From positions 1 to 64,000 of the forward strand of contig JAUCBJ010006157.1 in NCBI GenBank assembly GCA_032718475.1: a stretch of DNA of 64,000 bases. Reading direction: 5' to 3'. The notes below the pieces were generated by a model. That model saw only the letters and a program-made list of their open reading frames with translations. It was not told where the DNA came from and ran no database searches. Positions 27,201-42,200 of this stretch are shown here, piece after piece. The translations under genes were made by a program, and so were the position numbers. Position 1 is the stretch's first letter; each line of letters opens with the position of its first letter. Origin of the DNA: Nemertoderma westbladi. Its lineage: Eukaryota > Animalia > Xenacoelomorpha.

Positions 27201-30200
27201 AGTCGGATGTTATTGACGGGTAGGTGTTTGGAGATAAGTCGGATGTTAGTGACGGGTAGGTGTTTGGAGATAAGTCGGATGTTATTGACGGGTAGGTGTT
27301 TACAGATAAGTCGGATGTTATTGACGGGTAGGTGTTTGGAGATAAGTCGGATGTTATTGACGGGTAGGTGTTTGGAGATAAGTCGGATGTTATTGACGGG
27401 TAGGTGTTTGGAGATAAGTCGGATGTTATTGACGGGTAGGTGTTTACAGATAAGTCGGATGTTATTGACGGGTAGGTGTTTGGAGATAAGTCGGATGTTA
27501 TTGACGGGTAGGTGTTTACAGATAAGTCGGATGTTATTGACGGGTAGGTGTTTGGAGATAAGTCGGATGTTATTGACGGGTAGGTGTTTGGAGATAAGTC
27601 GGATGTTATTGACGGGTAGGTGTTTACAGATAAGTCGGATGTTATTGACGGGTAGGTGTTTGGAGATAAATCGGATGTTATTGACGGGTAGGTGTTTACA
27701 GATAAGTCGGATGTTATTGACGGGTAGGTGTTTGGAGATAAGTCGGATGTTATTGACGGGTAGGTGTTTGGAGATAAGTCGGATGTTATGGACGGGTAGG
27801 TGTTTACAGATAAGTCGGATGTTATTGACGGGTAGGTGTTTACAGATAAGTCGGATGTTATTGACGGGTAGGTGTTTACAGATAAGTCGGATGTTATTGA
27901 CGGGTAGGTGTTTGGAGATAAGTCGGATGTTATTGACGGGTAGGTGTTTGGAGATAAGTCGGATGTTATTGACGGGTAGGTGTTTGGAGATAAGTCGGAT
28001 GTTATTGACGGGTAGGTGTTTGGAGATAAGTCGGATGTTATTGACGGGTAGGTGTTTGGAGATAAGTCGGATGTTATTGACGGGTAGGTGTTTACAGATA
28101 AGTCGGATGTTATTGACGGGTAGGTGTTTGGAGATAAGTCGGATGTTATTGACGGGTAGGTGTTTACAGATAAGTCGGATGTTATTGACGGGTAGGTGTT
28201 TACAGATAAGTCGGATGTTATTGACGGGTAGGTGTTTACAGATAAGTCGAATGTTATTGACGGGTAGGTGTTTACAGATAAGTCGGATGTTATTGACGGG
28301 TAGGTGTTTGGAGATAAGTCGGATGTTATTGACGGGTAGGTGTTTACAGATAAGTCGGATGTTATTGACGGGTAGGTGTTTACAGATAAGTCGGATGTTA
28401 TTGACGGGTAGGTGTTTGGAGATAAGTCGGATGTTATTGACGGGTAGGTGTTTGGAGATAAGTCGGATGTTATTGACGGGTAGGTGTTTGGAGATAAGTC
28501 GGATGTTATTGACGGGTAGGTGTTTGGAGATAAGTCGGATGTTATTGACGGGTAGGTGTTTGGAGATAAGTCGGATGTTATTGACGGGCAGGTGTTTACG
28601 ATAAGTCGGATGTTATTGACGGGTAGGTGTTTGGAGATAAATCGGATGTTATTGACGGGTAGGTGTTTGGAGATAAGTCGGATGTTATTGACGGGTAGGT
28701 GTTTGGAGACAAGTCGGATGTTATTGACGGGTAGGTGTTTTGAGATAAGTCGGATGTTATTGACGGGCAGGTGTTTACGATAAGTCGGATGTTATTGACG
28801 GGTAGGTGTTTGGAGATAAATCGGATGTTATTGACGGGCAGGTGTTTACGATAAGTCGGATGTTATTGACGGGTAGGTGTTTACAGATAAGTCGGATGTT
28901 ATTGACGGGTAGGTGTTTGGAGATAAGTCGGATGTTATTGGCGGGTAGGTGTTTGGAGATAAGTCGGATGTTATTGACGGGCAGGTGTTTACAGATAAGT
29001 CGGATGTTATTGACGGGTAGGTGTTTGGAGATAAGTCGGATGTTATTGACGGGTAGGTGTTTGGAGATAAGTCGGATGTTATTGACGGGTAGGTGTTTGG
29101 AGATAAGTCGGATGTTATTGACGGGTAGGTGTTTGGAGATAAGTCGGATGTTATTGACGGGTAGGTGTTTACAGATAAGTTTAATGTTATTGACGGGTAG
29201 GTGTTTACAGATAAGTCGGATGTTATTGACGGGTAGGTGTTTGGAGATAAGTCGGATGTTATTGACGGGTAGGTGTTTGGAGATAAGTCGGATGTTATTG
29301 ACGGGTAGGTGTTCACAGATAAGTCGGATGTTATTGACGGGTAGGTGTTTACAGATAAGTCGGATGTTATTGACGGGTAGGTGTTTGGAGATAAGTCGGA
29401 TGTTATTGACGGGTAGGTGTTTACAGATAAGTCGGATGTTATTGACGGGTAGGTGTTTGGAGATAAGTCGGATGTTATTGACGGGTAGGTGTTTGGAGAT
29501 AAGTCGGATGTTATTGACGGGTAGGTGTTTACAGATAAGTCGGATGTTATTGACGGGTAGGTGTTTACAGATAAGCCGGATGTTATTGACGGGTAGGTGT
29601 TTGGAGATAAGTCGGATGTTATTGACGGGTAGGTGTTTACAGATAAGTCGGATGTTATTGACGGGTAGGTGTTTGGAGATAAGTCGGATGTTATTGACGG
29701 GTAGGTGTTTGGAGATAAGTCGGATGTTATTGACGGGTAGGTGTTTGGAGATAAGTCGGATGTTATTGACGGGTAGGTGTTTGGAGATAAGTCGGATGTT
29801 ATTGACGGGTAGGTGTTTACAGATAAGTCGGATGTTATTGACGGGTAGGTGTTTACAGATAAGTCGGATGTTATTGACGGGTAGGTGTTTGGAGATAAGT
29901 CGGATGTTATTGACGGGTAGGTGTTTGGAGATAAGTCGGATGTTATTGACGGGTAGGTGTTTACAGATAAGTCGGATGTTATTGACGGGTAGGTGTTTAC
30001 AGATAAGTCGGATGTTATTGACGGGTAGGTGTTTGGAGATAAGTCGGATGTTATTGACGGGTAGGTGTTTACAGATAAGTCGGATGTTATTGACGGGTAG
30101 GTGTTTGGAGATAAGTCGGATGTTATTGACGGGTAGGTGTTTGGAGATAAGTCGGATGTTATTGACGGGTAGGTGTTTACAGATAAGTCGGATGTTATTG

Positions 30201-33200
30201 ACGGGTAGGTGTTTACAGATAAGTCGGATGTTATTGACGGGTAGGTGTTTACAGATAAGTCGGATGTTATTGACGGGTAGGTGTTTACAGATAAGTCGGA
30301 TGTTATTGACGGGTAGGTGTTTACAGATAAGTCGGATGTTATTGACGGGTAGGTGTTTGGAGATAAGTCGGATGTTATTGACGGGTAGGTGTTTGGAGAT
30401 AAGTCGGATGTTATTGACGGGTAGGTGTTTGGAGATAAGTCGGATGTTATTGACGGGTAGGTGTTTACAGATAAGTCGGATGTTATTGACGGGTAGGTGT
30501 TTACAGATAAGTCGGATGTTATTGACGGGTAGGTGTTTGGAGATAAGTCGGATGTTATTGACGGGTAGGTGTTTGGAGATAAGTCGGATGTTATTGACGG
30601 GTAGGTGTTTGGAGATAAGTCGGATGTTATTGACGGGTAGGTGTTTGGAGATAAGTCGGATGTTATTGACGGGTAGGTGTTTGGAGATAAGTCGGATGTT
30701 ATTGACGGGTAGGTGTTTACAGATAAGTCGGATGTTATTGACGGGTAGGTGTTTACAGATAAGTCGGATGTTATTGACGGGTAGGTGTTTACAGATAAGT
30801 CGGATGTTATTGACGGGTAGGTGTTTACAGATAAGTCGGATGTTATTGACGGGTAGGTGTTTGGAGATAAGTCGGATGTTATTGACGGGTAGGTGTTTGG
30901 AGATAAGTCGGATGTTATTGACGGGTAGGTGTTTACAGATAAGTCGGATGTTATTGACGGGTAGGTGTTTGGAGATAAGTCGGATGTTATTGACGGGTAG
31001 GTGTTTGGAGATAAGTCGGATGTTATTGACGGGTAGGTGTTTGGAGATAAGTCGGATGTTATTGACGGGTAGGTGTTTGGAGATAAGTCGGATGTTATTG
31101 ACGGGTAGGTGTTTGGAGATAAGTCGGATGTTATTGACGGGTAGGTGTTTGGAGATAAGTCGGATGTTATTGACGGGTAGGTGTTTACAGATAAGTCGGA
31201 TGTTATTGACGGGTAGGTGTTTGGAGATAAGTCGGATGTTATTGACGGGTAGGTGTTTGGAGATAAGTCGGATGTTATTGACGGGTAGGTGTTTACAGAT
31301 AAGTCGGATGTTATTGACGGGTAGGTGTTTACAGATAAGTCGGATGTTATTGACGGGTAGGTGTTTACAGATAAGTCGGATGTTATTGACGGGTAGGTGT
31401 TTACAGATAAGTCGGATGTTATTGACGGGTAGGTGTTTACAGATAAGTCGGATGTTATTGACGGGTAGGTGTTTGGAGATAAGTCGGATGTTATTGACGG
31501 GTAGGTGTTTACAGATAAGTCGGATGTTATTGACGGGTAGGTGTTTACAGATAAGTCGGATGTTATTGACGGGTAGGTGTTTACAGATAAGTCGGATGTT
31601 ATTGACGGGTAGGTGTTTACAGATAAGTCGGATGTTATTGACGGGTAGGTGTTTGGAGATAAGTCGGATGTTATTGACGGGTAGGTGTTTGGAGATAAGT
31701 CGGATGTTATTGACGGGTAGGTGTTTACAGATAAGTCGGATGTTATTGACGGGTAGGTGTTTACAGATAAGTCGGATGTTATTGACGGGTAGGTGTTTGG
31801 AGATAAGTCGGATGTTATTGACGGGTAGGTGTTTGGAGATAAGTCGGATGTTATTGACGGGTAGGTGTTTGGAGATAAGTCGGATGTTATTGACGGGTAG
31901 GTGTTTGGAGATAAGTCGGATGTTATTGACGGGTAGGTGTTTGGAGATAAGTCGGATGTTATTGACGGGTAGGTGTTTGGAGATAAGTCGGATGTTATTG
32001 ACGGGTAGGTGTTTACAGATAAGTCGGATGTTATTGACGGGTAGGTGTTTGGAGATAAGTCGGATGTTATTGACGGGTAGGTGTTTGGAGATAAGTCGGA
32101 TGTTATTGACGGGTAGGTGTTTACAGATAAGTCGGATGTTATTGACGGGTAGGTGTTTACAGATAAGTCGGATGTTATTGACGGGTAGGTGTTTACAGAT
32201 AAGTCGGATGTTATTGACGGGTAGGTGTTTACAGATAAGTCGGATGTTATTGACGGGTAGGTGTTTACAGATAAGTCGGATGTTATTGACGGGTAGGTGT
32301 TTGGAGATAAGTCGGATGTTATTGACGGGTAGGTGTTTACAGATAAGTCGGATGTTATTGACGGGTAGGTGTTTACAGATAAGTCGGATGTTATTGACGG
32401 GTAGGTGTTTACAGATAAGTCGGATGTTATTGACGGGTAGGTGTTTACAGATAAGTCGGATGTTATTGACGGGTAGGTGTTTGGAGATAAGTCGGATGTT
32501 ATTGACGGGTAGGTGTTTACAGATAAGTCGGATGTTATTGACGGGTAGGTGTTTGGAGATAAGTCGGATGTTATTGACGGGTAGGTGTTTGGAGATAAGT
32601 CGGATGTTATTGACGGGTAGGTGTTTGGAGATAAGTCGGATGTTATTGACGGGTAGGTGTTTGGAGATAAGTCGGATGTTATTGACGGGTAGGTGTTTGG
32701 AGATAAGTCGGATGTTATTGACGGGTAGGTGTTTACAGATAAGTCGGATGTTATTGACGGGTAGGTGTTTACAGATAAGTCGGATGTTATTGACGGGTAG
32801 GTGTTTACAGATAAGTCGGATGTTATTGACGGGTAGGTGTTTACAGATAAGTCGGATGTTATTGACGGGTAGGTGTTTGGAGATAAGTCGGATGTTATTG
32901 ACGGGTAGGTGTTTGGAGATAAGTCGGATGTTATTGACGGGTAGGTGTTTGGAGATAAGTCGGATGTTATTGACGGGTAGGTGTTTACAGATAAGTCGGA
33001 TGTTATTGACGGGTAGGTGTTTGGAGATAAGTCGGATGTTATTGACGGGTAGGTGTTTGGAGATAAGTCGGATGTTATTGACGGGTAGGTGTTTGGAGAT
33101 AAGTCGGATGTTATTGACGGGTAGGTGTTTGGAGATAAGTCGGATGTTATTGACGGGTAGGTGTTTGGAGATAAGTCGGATGTTATTGACGGGTAGGTGT

Positions 33201-36200
33201 TTGGAGATAAGTCGGATGTTATTGACGGGTAGGTGTTTACAGATAAGTCGGATGTTATTGACGGGTAGGTGTTTGGAGATAAGTCGGATGTTATTGACGG
33301 GTAGGTGTTTGGAGATAAGTCGGATGTTATTGACGGGTAGGTGTTTACAGATAAGTCGGATGTTATTGACGGGTAGGTGTTTACAGATAAGTCGGATGTT
33401 ATTGACGGGTAGGTGTTTACAGATAAGTCGGATGTTATTGACGGGTAGGTGTTTACAGATAAGTCGGATGTTATTGACGGGTAGGTGTTTACAGATAAGT
33501 CGGATGTTATTGACGGGTAGGTGTTTGGAGATAAGTCGGATGTTATTGACGGGTAGGTGTTTACAGATAAGTCGGATGTTATTGACGGGTAGGTGTTTAC
33601 AGATAAGTCGGATGTTATTGACGGGTAGGTGTTTACAGATAAGTCGGATGTTATTGACGGGTAGGTGTTTACAGATAAGTCGGATGTTATTGACGGGTAG
33701 GTGTTTGGAGATAAGTCGGATGTTATTGACGGGTAGGTGTTTGGAGATAAGTCGGATGTTATTGACGGGTAGGTGTTTACAGATAAGTCGGATGTTATTG
33801 ACGGGTAGGTGTTTACAGATAAGTCGGATGTTATTGACGGGTAGGTGTTTGGAGATAAGTCGGATGTTATTGACGGGTAGGTGTTTGGAGATAAGTCGGA
33901 TGTTATTGACGGGTAGGTGTTTGGAGATAAGTCGGATGTTATTGACGGGTAGGTGTTTGGAGATAAGTCGGATGTTATTGACGGGTAGGTGTTTGGAGAT
34001 AAGTCGGATGTTATTGACGGGTAGGTGTTTGGAGATAAGTCGGATGTTATTGACGGGTAGGTGTTTACAGATAAGTCGGATGTTATTGACGGGTAGGTGT
34101 TTGGAGATAAGTCGGATGTTATTGACGGGTAGGTGTTTGGAGATAAGTCGGATGTTATTGACGGGTAGGTGTTTACAGATAAGTCGGATGTTATTGACGG
34201 GTAGGTGTTTACAGATAAGTCGGATGTTATTGACGGGTAGGTGTTTACAGATAAGTCGGATGTTATTGACGGGTAGGTGTTTACAGATAAGTCGGATGTT
34301 ATTGACGGGTAGGTGTTTACAGATAAGTCGGATGTTATTGACGGGTAGGTGTTTGGAGATAAGTCGGATGTTATTGACGGGTAGGTGTTTACAGATAAGT
34401 CGGATGTTATTGACGGGTAGGTGTTTACAGATAAGTCGGATGTTATTGACGGGTAGGTGTTTACAGATAAGTCGGATGTTATTGACGGGTAGGTGTTTAC
34501 AGATAAGTCGGATGTTATTGACGGGTAGGTGTTTGGAGATAAGTCGGATGTTATTGACGGGTAGGTGTTTACAGATAAGTCGGATGTTATTGACGGGTAG
34601 GTGTTTGGAGATAAGTCGGATGTTATTGACGGGTAGGTGTTTGGAGATAAGTCGGATGTTATTGACGGGTAGGTGTTTGGAGATAAGTCGGATGTTATTG
34701 ACGGGTAGGTGTTTGGAGATAAGTCGGATGTTATTGACGGGTAGGTGTTTGGAGATAAGTCGGATGTTATTGACGGGTAGGTGTTTACAGATAAGTCGGA
34801 TGTTATTGACGGGTAGGTGTTTACAGATAAGTCGGATGTTATTGACGGGTAGGTGTTTACAGATAAGTCGGATGTTATTGACGGGTAGGTGTTTACAGAT
34901 AAGTCGGATGTTATTGACGGGTAGGTGTTTGGAGATAAGTCGGATGTTATTGACGGGTAGGTGTTTGGAGATAAGTCGGATGTTATTGACGGGTAGGTGT
35001 TTGGAGATAAGTCGGATGTTATTGACGGGTAGGTGTTTACAGATAAGTCGGATGTTATTGACGGGTAGGTGTTTGGAGATAAGTCGGATGTTATTGACGG
35101 GTAGGTGTTTACATATAAGTCGGATGTTATTGACGGGTAGGTGTTTACATATAAGTCGGATGTTATTGACGGGTAGGTGTTTACAGATAAGTCGGATGTT
35201 ATTGACGGGTAGGTGTTTGGAGATAAGTCGGATGTTATTGACGGGTAGGTGTTTGGAGATAAGTCGGATGTTATTGACGGGTAGGTGTTTGGAGATAAGT
35301 CGGATGTTATTGACGGGTAGGTGTTTACATATAAGTCGGATGTTATTGACGGGTAGGTGTTTGGAGATAAGTCGGATGTTATTGACGGGTAGGTGTTTGG
35401 AGATAAGTCGGATGTTATTGACGGGTAGGTGTTTGGAGATAAGTCGGATGTTATTGACGGGTAGGTGTTTGGAGATAAGTCGGATGTTATTGACGGGTAG
35501 GTGTTTGGAGATAAGTCGGATGTTATTGACGGGTAGGTGTTTACATATAAGTCGGATGTTATTGACGGGTAGGTGTTTGGAGATAAGTCGGATGTTATTG
35601 ACGGGTAGGTGTTTGAAGATAAGTCGGATGTTATTGACGGGTAGGTGTTTACAGATAAGTCGGATGTTATTGACGGGTAGGTGTTTGGAGATAAGTCGGA
35701 TGTTATTGACGGGTAGGTGTTTGGAGATAAGTCGGATGTTATTGACGGGTAGGTGTTTACAGATAAGTCGGATGTTATTGAGTTATAACATTGATATTAT
35801 TGATTATGTTAGTTTGAACATGATGTCAAATGTCTAACTTTATTTTAGTCATTATAATATGACTTATTACAGGCCCGTAGCCGGGATTTTAAAAGGGCGG
35901 TTCGTTTTTTCCAAAAAGGGCACTTTTTTAATTGTTTAAATAATGACAAATATCCATTGGTTTAGCCAGACATTTTAAAAGGTACTGTAGGAATAGGGCA
36001 GAGGGAGAGAGAGAGAGAGAGAGGGGTGGGGGGGGGGGGGGGGGGGGTGGGTTGGATGATCTGAAGCCCGATACGAAATGTGTGGGGTACTTTTTAAAGC
36101 ACAATTGGCACTGGGATAATGAGATTCCTAACTGTTCTAGCTGCTAATGTAACTTTAATATTTTTGCTTTGCCGGAAAGGGCACTTTCACGAATAGGTGA

Positions 36201-39200
36201 ATGTAATTAAAAGGATAATATTTCTCAAAAAGGTGAGTATAAAAAAAGCACATTTCCCTAACATGTGTTCGTATAAAAGGGCGCTTTTCTCAAAAGGGCG
36301 GTTTGTTCGAACCAACGAACCCTCCCTGGCTACGGGCCTGTTATACACGGGGTGAGAATTCAGTTGCGACCATAGGACTCAGCATTGTAGTTAGGTTCGT
36401 TACCGGTATCCTCCACGGGACTGGGACACGGGTAACCGCCGTAATCAACATTTAGTAATAAAATTTAGTGTTTAACATTTAAATGTTAATAATTAATTAA
36501 AGCCTTTATAAAATTGAATATTTAAATTTTCTAATAAAATTAAGTATTTCAAGTTGTAATCTAGCATTTTTTGGATTTTTTCTTTACAAAACCTGCAGTA
36601 TAATATAATAATAACGTTATTTTTAATATAATTATATAAACCTATAATATATTTCCATATTATTTCAGGAATTTTCTTAGCCAAGTAAAGCGGATTCTAC
36701 AGAACTCATTGGAGGGTCTGTTGGCCTTGGCTGAGGTTTATTACAGACAGAAGGGGCCAAGACCCCCAACCAGACCCGGGCCTATACCAGAAAACTTTGA
36801 TGTCTGTGCTGAAACCATCATCAGCAAACTCCAGAATTACCTAAGTCAGGCCGATGACTATCACGCCATGTGCCTTCAAGGTGAGTCTCCCATTAATACG
36901 ACATCTAACATTAATCTATAAATAGCTACAACGTCACTTATTCATAGGTTTCTATCGTATTTGTTTCGGTTGCAGAATTAAGAGGACAACTTCAACGAAT
37001 GGAGGATCTCGTTGCTATGGTTCCCTCGTTGGTCATTACTCACTACATGACGTCACAAAAGAAAGAGCTAAGACGATTGGCTGGTGCAATGCAGAAGGAG
37101 AATGCAAGGCAATACGCTGAGGCTAATAAATTACGGGTGGGTTGATTGGATAATAACTATTTACATACTTGTGTGTAAAGTAGCACTTTACAGTGTGATG
37201 ATCCGAGTGGCTTTGTTACACGAACGAACGTTAGTGAGTGAAAATAGAGCCACGAGGATCAGAACACTGTAAAGTACTTTGTAACAAGTATGTATGTAGT
37301 TGTATTCCAAAAATTTTAACATTACGAAATGATTGTACATATACATTATAAGTGATAGAAACTGCACAAATTATATTAGTTGCTGTATAAATAAATGTAA
37401 AAATGACATAAATTATGTTATAAATAAGTTAGCTTATATTTATGGTGGCGTTTGGAGCCATGTTAATAATATAGACACTGGTTATTAATTAATAGCTACC
37501 GGTAGGTAATGCAGTAGGCCTATCTGGCTGTCAGGCAAATTTCCACCTATTGTTTACGTGGTAACCATGACGGCGTTAAGTAATGTCCCCTTAGTGGACA
37601 TTACTTAACGCCGTCATGGTTACCACGTAAACAATAACACCAAATACAATACTAAATGTACAGGCCAATACAATGCTGTAATGTCCTCTAAAGTGGTAAA
37701 ATACTAAATAACAACTCGCTGTTAATACTAACTGCGTTGAGTAATGTTACAATTTTGGAATAAAATATATTACCTACGATTTAAGAGTTTTCGGTAACAT
37801 TTTTTAGTGACAGAAGGATTGCGCGCCCCTTTGTTGCTCTATAACGTATTGTTTTTTAGGCTACACGCGAACAATCGTTGCGTCCAGGATTGGGACACCC
37901 CAGTAAATCCCAACAATTATCTCAACTCTGTGACGATGAAGAAGAAAGACAAAAACATATTATAGGACTCCACCAGGATATTGAATCAAAGAATTGTGAT
38001 TCTTTCAATAACGTGGCCAGTAAGTTCTTTTATTGCTAAACTGTTGTCTGGTAATTCACCAGTAAGTTCCTCTACTGCTATCTGTTATCTGGTAGTTCAC
38101 CGGTAAGTTCCTCTACTGCTATCTGTTATCTGGTAGTTCACCAGTAACTTCCTCTACTGCTATCTGTTATCTGGTAGTTCACCAGTACGTCCCTCTACTG
38201 CTATCAGTTATCTGGTAGTTCACCAGTAACTTCCTCAACTGCTATCTGTTATCTGGTAATTCACCAGTAAGTTCCTCAACTGCTATCTGTTATCTGGTAG
38301 TTCACCAGTAAGTTCCTCAACTGCTATCTGTTATCTGGTAGTTCACCAGTAAGTTCCTCAACTGCTATCTGTTATCTGGTAATTCACCAGTAAGTTCCTC
38401 TACTGCTATCTGTTGTCTGGTAGTTCACCAGTAACTTCCTCTACTGCTATCTGTTGTCTGGTAGTTCACCAGTACTTCCTCTACTGCCATCTGTTATCTG
38501 GTAGTTCACCAGTAAGTTCCTCAACTGCTATCTGTTATCTGGTAGTTCACCAGTAAGTTCCTTAACTGCTATCTGTTATCTGGTAATTCACCAGTAAGTT
38601 CCTATACTGCTATCTGTTATCTGGTAGTTCACCAGTAAGTTCCTCTACTGCTATCAGTTATCTGGTAGTTCACCGGTAAGTTCCTCTACTGCTATCTGTT
38701 ATCTGGTAGTTCACCAGTAACTTCCTCTACTGCTATCTGTTATCTGGTAGTTCACCAGTAACTTCCTCTACTGCTATCTGTTATCTGGTAGTTCACCAGT
38801 AACTTCCTCTACTGCTATCTGTTATCTGGTAGTTCACCAGTAACTTCCTCTACTGCTATCTGTTATCTGGTAGTTCACCAGTACGTCCCTCTACTGCTAT
38901 CAGTTATCTGGTAGTTCACCAGTAACTTCCTCAACTGCTATCTGTTATCTGGTAATTCACCAGTAAGTTCCTCAACTGCTATCTGTTATCTGGTAGTTCA
39001 CCAGTAAGTTCCTCAACTGCTATCTGTTATCTGGTAGTTCACCAGTAAGTTCCTCAACTGCTATCTGTTATCTGGTAATTCACCAGTAAGTTCCTCTACT
39101 GCTATCTGTTGTCTGGTAGTTCACCAGTAACTTCCTCTACTGCTATCTGTTGTCTGGTAGTTCACCAGTACTTCCTCTACTGCCATCTGTTATCTGGTAG

Positions 39201-42200
39201 TTCACCAGTAAGTTCCTCAACTGCTATCTGTTATCTGGTAGTTCACCAGTAAGTTCCTTAACTGCTATCTGTTATCTGGTAATTCACCAGTAAGTTCCTA
39301 TACTGCTATCTGTTATCTGGTAGTTCACCAGTAAGTTCCTCTACTGCTATCAGTTATCTGGTAGTTCACCGGTAAGTTCCTCTACTGCTATCTGTTATCT
39401 GGTAGTTCACCAGTAACTTCCTCTACTGCTATCTGTTATCTGGTAGTTCACCAGTAACTTCCTCTACTGCTATCTGTTATCTGGTAGTTCACCAGTAACT
39501 TCCTCTACTGCTATCTGTTATCTGGTAGTTCACCGGTAAGTTCCTCTACTGCTATCAGTTATCTGGTAGTTCACCAGTAAGTTCCTCTACTGCTATCAGT
39601 TATCTGGTAGTTCACCGGTAAGTTCCTCTACTGCTATCTGTTATCTGGTAGTTCACCAGTAAGTTCCTCTACTGCTATCAGTTATCTGGTAGTTCACCAG
39701 TAACTTCCTCTACTGCTATCTGTTATCTGGTAGTTCACCAGTAACTTCCTCTACTGCTATCTGTTATCTGGTAGTTCACCAGTAACTTCCTCTACTGCTA
39801 TCTGTTATCTGGTAGTTCACCGGTAAGTTCCTCTACTGCTATCAGTTATCTGGTAGTTCACCAGTAACTTCCTCTACTGCTATCTGTTATCTGGTAGTTC
39901 ACCAGTACGTCCCTCTACTGCTATCTGTTGTCTGGTAGTTCACCAGTAAGTTCCTCTACTGCTATCTGTTGTCTGGTAGTTCACCAGTAACTTCCTCTAC
40001 TGCTATCTGTTATCTGGTAGTTCACCAGTAACTTCCTCTACTGCTATCTGTTATCTGGTAGTTCACCAGTAACTTCCTCTACTGCTATCTGTTATCTGGT
40101 AGTTCACCAGTAACTTCCTCTACTGCTATCTGTTATCTGGTAGTTCACCAGTAACTTCCTCTACTGCTATCTGTTATCTGGTAGTTCACCGGTAAGTTCC
40201 TCTACTGCTATCAGTTATCTGGTAGTTCACCAGTAAGTTCCTCTACTGCTATCAGTTATCTGGTAGTTCACCGGTAAGTTCCTCTACTGCTATCTGTTAT
40301 CTGGTAGTTCACCAGTAACTTCCTCTACTGCTATCTGTTATCTGATAGTTCACCAGTAAGTTCCTCTACTGCTATCTGTTATCTGGTAGTTCACCAGTAA
40401 GTTCCTCAACTGCTATCTGTTATCTGGTAATTCACCAGTAAGTTCCTCTACTGCTATCTGTTATCTGGTAGTTCACCAGTACGTCCCTCTACTGCTATCA
40501 GTTATCTGGTAGTTCACCAGTAACTTCCTCTACTGCTATCTGTTGTCTGGTAGTTCACCAGTAACTTCCTCTACTGCTATCTGTTGTCTGGTAGTTCACC
40601 AGTAACTTCCTCTACTGCTATCTGTTGTCTGGTAGTTCACCAGTACTTCCTCTACTGCCATCTGTTATCTGGTAGTTCACCAGTAAGTTCCTCAACTGCT
40701 ATCTGTTATCTGGTAGTTCACCAGTAAGTTCCTCAACTGCTATCTGTTATCTGGTAGTTCACCAGTAAGTTCCTCAACTGCTATCTGTTATCTGGTAATT
40801 CACCAGTAAGTTCCTCAACTGCTATCAGTTATCTGGTAGTTCACCAGTAAGTTCCTCAACTGCTATCTGTTATCTGGTAGTTCACCAGTAAGTTCCTCTA
40901 CTGCTATCAGTTATCTGGTAGTTCACCAGTAAGTTCCTCAACTGCTATCTGTTATCTGGTAGTTCACCAGTAAGTTCCTCAACTGCTATCTGTTATCTGG
41001 TAATTCACCAGTAAGTTCCTCAACTGCTATCTGTTATCTGGTAATTCACCAGTAAGTTCCTCTACTGCTATCTGTTGTCTGGTAGTTCACCAGTAACTTC
41101 CTCTACTGCTATCTGTTGTCTGGTAGTTCACCAGTACTTCCTCTACTGCCATCTGTTATCTGGTAGTTCACCAGTAAGTTCCTCAACTGCTATCTGTTAT
41201 CTGGTAGTTCACCAGTAAGTTCCTTAACTGCTATCTGTTATCTGGTAATTCACCAGTAAGTTCCTATACTGCTATCTGTTATCTGGTAGTTCACCAGTAA
41301 GTTCCTCTACTGCTATCAGTTATCTGGTAGTTCACCGGTAAGTTCCTCTACTGCTATCTGTTATCTGGTAGTTCACCAGTAACTTCCTCTACTGCTATCT
41401 GTTATCTGGTAGTTCACCAGTAACTTCCTCTACTGCTATCTGTTATCTGGTAGTTCACCAGTAACTTCCTCTACTGCTATCTGTTATCTGGTAGTTCACC
41501 GGTAAGTTCCTCTACTGCTATCAGTTATCTGGTAGTTCACCAGTAAGTTCCTCTACTGCTATCAGTTATCTGGTAGTTCACCGGTAAGTTCCTCTACTGC
41601 TATCTGTTATCTGGTAGTTCACCAGTAAGTTCCTCTACTGCTATCAGTTATCTGGTAGTTCACCAGTAACTTCCTCTACTGCTATCTGTTATCTGGTAGT
41701 TCACCAGTAACTTCCTCTACTGCTATCTGTTATCTGGTAGTTCACCAGTAACTTCCTCTACTGCTATCTGTTATCTGGTAGTTCACCGGTAAGTTCCTCT
41801 ACTGCTATCAGTTATCTGGTAGTTCACCAGTAACTTCCTCTACTGCTATCTGTTATCTGGTAGTTCACCAGTACGTCCCTCTACTGCTATCTGTTGTCTG
41901 GTAGTTCACCAGTAAGTTCCTCTACTGCTATCTGTTGTCTGGTAGTTCACCAGTAACTTCCTCTACTGCTATCTGTTATCTGGTAGTTCACCAGTAACTT
42001 CCTCTACTGCTATCTGTTATCTGGTAGTTCACCAGTAACTTCCTCTACTGCTATCTGTTATCTGGTAGTTCACCAGTAACTTCCTCTACTGCTATCTGTT
42101 ATCTGGTAGTTCACCAGTAACTTCCTCTACTGCTATCTGTTATCTGGTAGTTCACCGGTAAGTTCCTCTACTGCTATCAGTTATCTGGTAGTTCACCAGT

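Noticed and set aside
26829-35837. 591-aa and 2,343-aa ORFs of ISRMLLTGRCL(E/Q) repeats
   Set aside because: A stop-free frame of a 36-bp intronic satellite. It is not the frame of the host exon, which hits TAG, and it is broken by frameshifts at about 28,600-28,850.
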